A program made the position numbers and the translations under genes. The notes beneath the pieces are model-generated. The model did no database searches and was not told the origin of the DNA. It worked only from the letters and a program-made list of their open reading frames with translations. From assembly GCF_056712565.1 (NCBI RefSeq), contig NZ_CM160072.1: 64,000 nt of DNA; one strand, written 5' to 3'. This document shows, piece by piece, positions 61,451 to 64,000 of the stretch (position 1 is the stretch's first letter; each line of letters starts with the position of its first letter).

Positions 61451-63109
61451 ATGATTCTTGAGCGCGTTGAAATTGTGGGTTTTCGCGGTATCAACCGTTT
61501 GTCGTTGATGCTGGAACAAAACAACGTCCTGATTGGGGAGAACGCGTGGGGTAAATCCAGCTTGCTGGACGCCTTAACCCTGCTGCTATCGCCAGAATCA
61601 GATCTCTACCATTTTGAGCGCGATGATTTCTGGTTCCCGCCGGGAGATATCAACGGGCGAGAACATCATCTGCATATTATTTTGACCTTCCGCGAATCGC
61701 TGCCAGGCCGACATCGGGTTCGCCGCTATCGGCCGCTGGTAGCGTGCTGGACGCCATGCACCGATGGTTATCACCGTATTTTTTATCGTCTGGAAGGGGA
61801 GAGTGCGGAAGACGGCAGCGTGATGACACTGCGCAGTTTTCTCGATAAAGACGGACATCCGATTGATGTTGAGGATATTAACGATCAGGCTCGTCATCTG
61901 GTGCGTTTAATGCCGGTGCTGCGCTTGCGTGATGCCCGTTTTATGCGCCGTATTCGTAACGGCACGGTGCCAAATGTCCCCAATGTGGAAGTCACCGCGC
62001 GCCAGCTCGATTTCCTCGCCCGTGAATTATCCTCACATCCGCAAAATCTCTCTGATGGGCAGATTCGTCAGGGACTTTCCGCAATGGTGCAACTTCTTGA
62101 GCATTATTTTTCTGAGCAGGGAGCTGGACAGGCGCGATATCGTTTAATGCGGCGGCGAGCCAGCAATGAGCAACGAAGCTGGCGCTATCTGGATATCATC
62201 AACCGGATGATTGACCGACCTGGAGGGCGCTCGTATCGGGTTATTTTGCTCGGCCTGTTTGCTACTTTATTGCAGGCAAAAGGCACATTGCGACTGGATA
62301 AAGACGCCCGTCCATTGTTGCTGATCGAAGATCCAGAAACCCGTTTACACCCCATTATGCTTTCAGTTGCCTGGCATCTGTTGAATCTTCTGCCATTGCA
62401 GCGCATTGCCACCACCAACTCTGGCGAGCTGCTTTCGTTAACGCCGGTAGAGCATGTTTGCCGACTGGTACGTGAGTCCTCGCGCGTTGCCGCCTGGCGT
62501 CTGGGACCGAGTGGCTTGAGTACCGAAGATAGCCGACGCATCTCCTTTCACATTCGTTTTAACCGTCCGTCATCGCTGTTTGCCCGCTGTTGGCTGCTGG
62601 TGGAAGGGGAAACGGAAACCTGGGTTATCAATGAACTGGCGCGTCAGTGCGGACATCATTTTGATGCCGAAGGGATCAAGGTCATTGAGTTTGCCCAGTC
62701 CGGACTAAAGCCACTGGTTAAATTTGCCCGGCGAATGGGGATTGAATGGCATGTACTGGTCGATGGCGATGAAGCAGGGAAGAAATATGCCGCTACGGTA
62801 CGCAGCCTGTTGAATAACGATCGGGAAGCCGAACGAGAACATTTAACGGCGTTACCGGCGCTGGATATGGAACATTTTATGTATCGCCAGGGATTTTCCG
62901 ATGTGTTCCACCGCGTGGCTCAAATCCCGGAAAATATACCGATGAATCTGCGCAAAGTTATCTCGAAAGCGATCCATCGCTCTTCCAAACCCGATCTTGC
63001 CATTGAAGTGGCAATGGAGGCCGGACGTCGTGGTGTGGACTCCGTACCGACGCTGCTGAAAAAAATGTTCTCACGCGTGCTGTGGCTGGCGCGCGGTCGG
63101 GCCGACTAA
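61451..63109 (+). CDS. ybjD: YbjD, OLD-family ATPase/TOPRIM protein (host core gene)
   Basis: Walker A GENAWGKSS, Walker B LLLIEDPE, TOPRIM-like LLVEGETE and LVDGDEAGKK. Confidence 0.9.
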   Translation: MILERVEIVGFRGINRLSLMLEQNNVLIGENAWGKSSLLDALTLLLSPESDLYHFERDDFWFPPGDINGREHHLHIILTFRESLPGRHRVRRYRPLVACWTPCTDGYHRIFYRLEGESAEDGSVMTLRSFLDKDGHPIDVEDINDQARHLVRLMPVLRLRDARFMRRIRNGTVPNVPNVEVTARQLDFLARELSSHPQNLSDGQIRQGLSAMVQLLEHYFSEQGAGQARYRLMRRRASNEQRSWRYLDIINRMIDRPGGRSYRVILLGLFATLLQAKGTLRLDKDARPLLLIEDPETRLHPIMLSVAWHLLNLLPLQRIATTNSGELLSLTPVEHVCRLVRESSRVAAWRLGPSGLSTEDSRRISFHIRFNRPSSLFARCWLLVEGETETWVINELARQCGHHFDAEGIKVIEFAQSGLKPLVKFARRMGIEWHVLVDGDEAGKKYAATVRSLLNNDREAEREHLTALPALDMEHFMYRQGFSDVFHRVAQIPENIPMNLRKVISKAIHRSSKPDLAIEVAMEAGRRGVDSVPTLLKKMFSRVLWLARGRAD

Positions 63110-64000
63110 CTACAAAACATCGTGGCCATTTGTGGCTGAATAGCGTCGAGCATCTCATAGCGCCGACGGTATTCAGCCCGTTTTTTACTGGCGATTTCGG
63201 CAATCTCTTTTCGTGCTATCTGTGCTGGAAGGCGGTAATGGCGTTCAGCATCACATACGCCGCCAACCGATTCCCAGAAAGCGTTGTAATCGGCATGGAT
63301 CTTGCCCTCTTTATCGCGATAACGCAGGCTGCGGTAAATATGCGTTTCATTGCTGACGGCAATAATCTGCTCTACCTGCAAACGTTGGGCAAACAGACAG
63401 GCCGCTTCCATCACGAGGCGTTTGGGAAATAGCCCGTGGCAGGCTTTCGTCGCATTCTGGATTTCCTGGTGTGGAATTTCCCATTTTGCGCCTTGCAGTC
63501 CGCCAATAAACATCGTCCTTTTCCCCTGATATTCACACAGGGTAAAAGTGAGCTCTGCCAGAGGAATACCTTCGCTGTTGCGGAACAGGATGGTGCTGTC
63601 ACCTTCTTTATCCATTGAGATCATCATGGTCAGCTCAAGCGTGAACTGCTCGCCGTTTTTGCCTTCCAGCTTCGCCAGTTGCAGCCCGGGGGTATTCAAA
63701 TATAAGCTGAATTCTTCCGCCGACATACACCCGCGGAGTAACGCATAATGGTAACGTAACGCCTCCAGCAATTGCTTACGGCTAAGATTCGCCGCAAGGT
63801 AAGGGCGATGTAGACGTACAGGCAGTCGCGGCTGGCGCGTTAACAACACATTGAGATTAGGCCAGTGGGAAAGTTCGTTCATCCACTCAACGCTTAAACG
63901 CGGCATAATCAACGAGCGCAGCAAAAATTTCTGGCGAAAACTACGGCGATGCCAGAATTTACCCGGCCGACACTGTCCTCGTGCCAGACTAAGAAAAAGT
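63106..64000 (-). CDS. ybjX: YbjX (DUF535 family); 5' end beyond window
   Basis: Minus-strand frame stays open upstream of the track TTG at 63924 to the window edge. Confidence 0.8.
   Translation of the reverse strand, partial: LFLSLARGQCRPGKFWHRRSFRQKFLLRSLIMPRLSVEWMNELSHWPNLNVLLTRQPRLPVRLHRPYLAANLSRKQLLEALRYHYALLRGCMSAEEFSLYLNTPGLQLAKLEGKNGEQFTLELTMMISMDKEGDSTILFRNSEGIPLAELTFTLCEYQGKRTMFIGGLQGAKWEIPHQEIQNATKACHGLFPKRLVMEAACLFAQRLQVEQIIAVSNETHIYRSLRYRDKEGKIHADYNAFWESVGGVCDAERHYRLPAQIARKEIAEIASKKRAEYRRRYEMLDAIQPQMATMFCS

Overview
The window holds two things: a P2/186-like temperate prophage (positions 1 to about 33.3 kb, with the integrase running off the left edge) and, to its right, a block of conserved E. 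coli K-12-type chromosome from ybjL to ybjX (33.5-64 kb). All calls are from reading the sequence and the supplied ORF track; no database search was run, and family assignments rest on recognisable motifs and synteny. The prophage has the canonical P2 order: int, cI, apl, cII, early genes, dam, replication gene A, then portal Q, terminase P, capsid, lysis, baseplate, tail fibre, sheath/tube, tape measure, D and ogr. Three AT-rich accessory islands sit on this backbone. The most interesting is a two-gene operon (8762-9852) between a putative cos site and the portal gene: a trypsin-fold serine protease translationally coupled to a small tail-anchored membrane protein, which I cannot assign to any named system and flag as a candidate undescribed defence or abortive-infection module. 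The second island (about 17.75-20.03 kb, between S and V) carries a stand-alone OLD-family ABC-ATPase/TOPRIM nuclease followed by a CTAACCT heptamer tandem repeat. The third is an SOS-linked module after gene A (LexA box, small ORF, DinI-like gene) plus a secreted protein. Other notable points are a Gin/Pin-type invertible tail-fibre segment with both crossover sites visible, a single 449-aa ORF that looks like a scaffold-capsid fusion, and a one-base frameshift in host ybjP at a C6 run. No rRNA, tRNA or CRISPR array was found.
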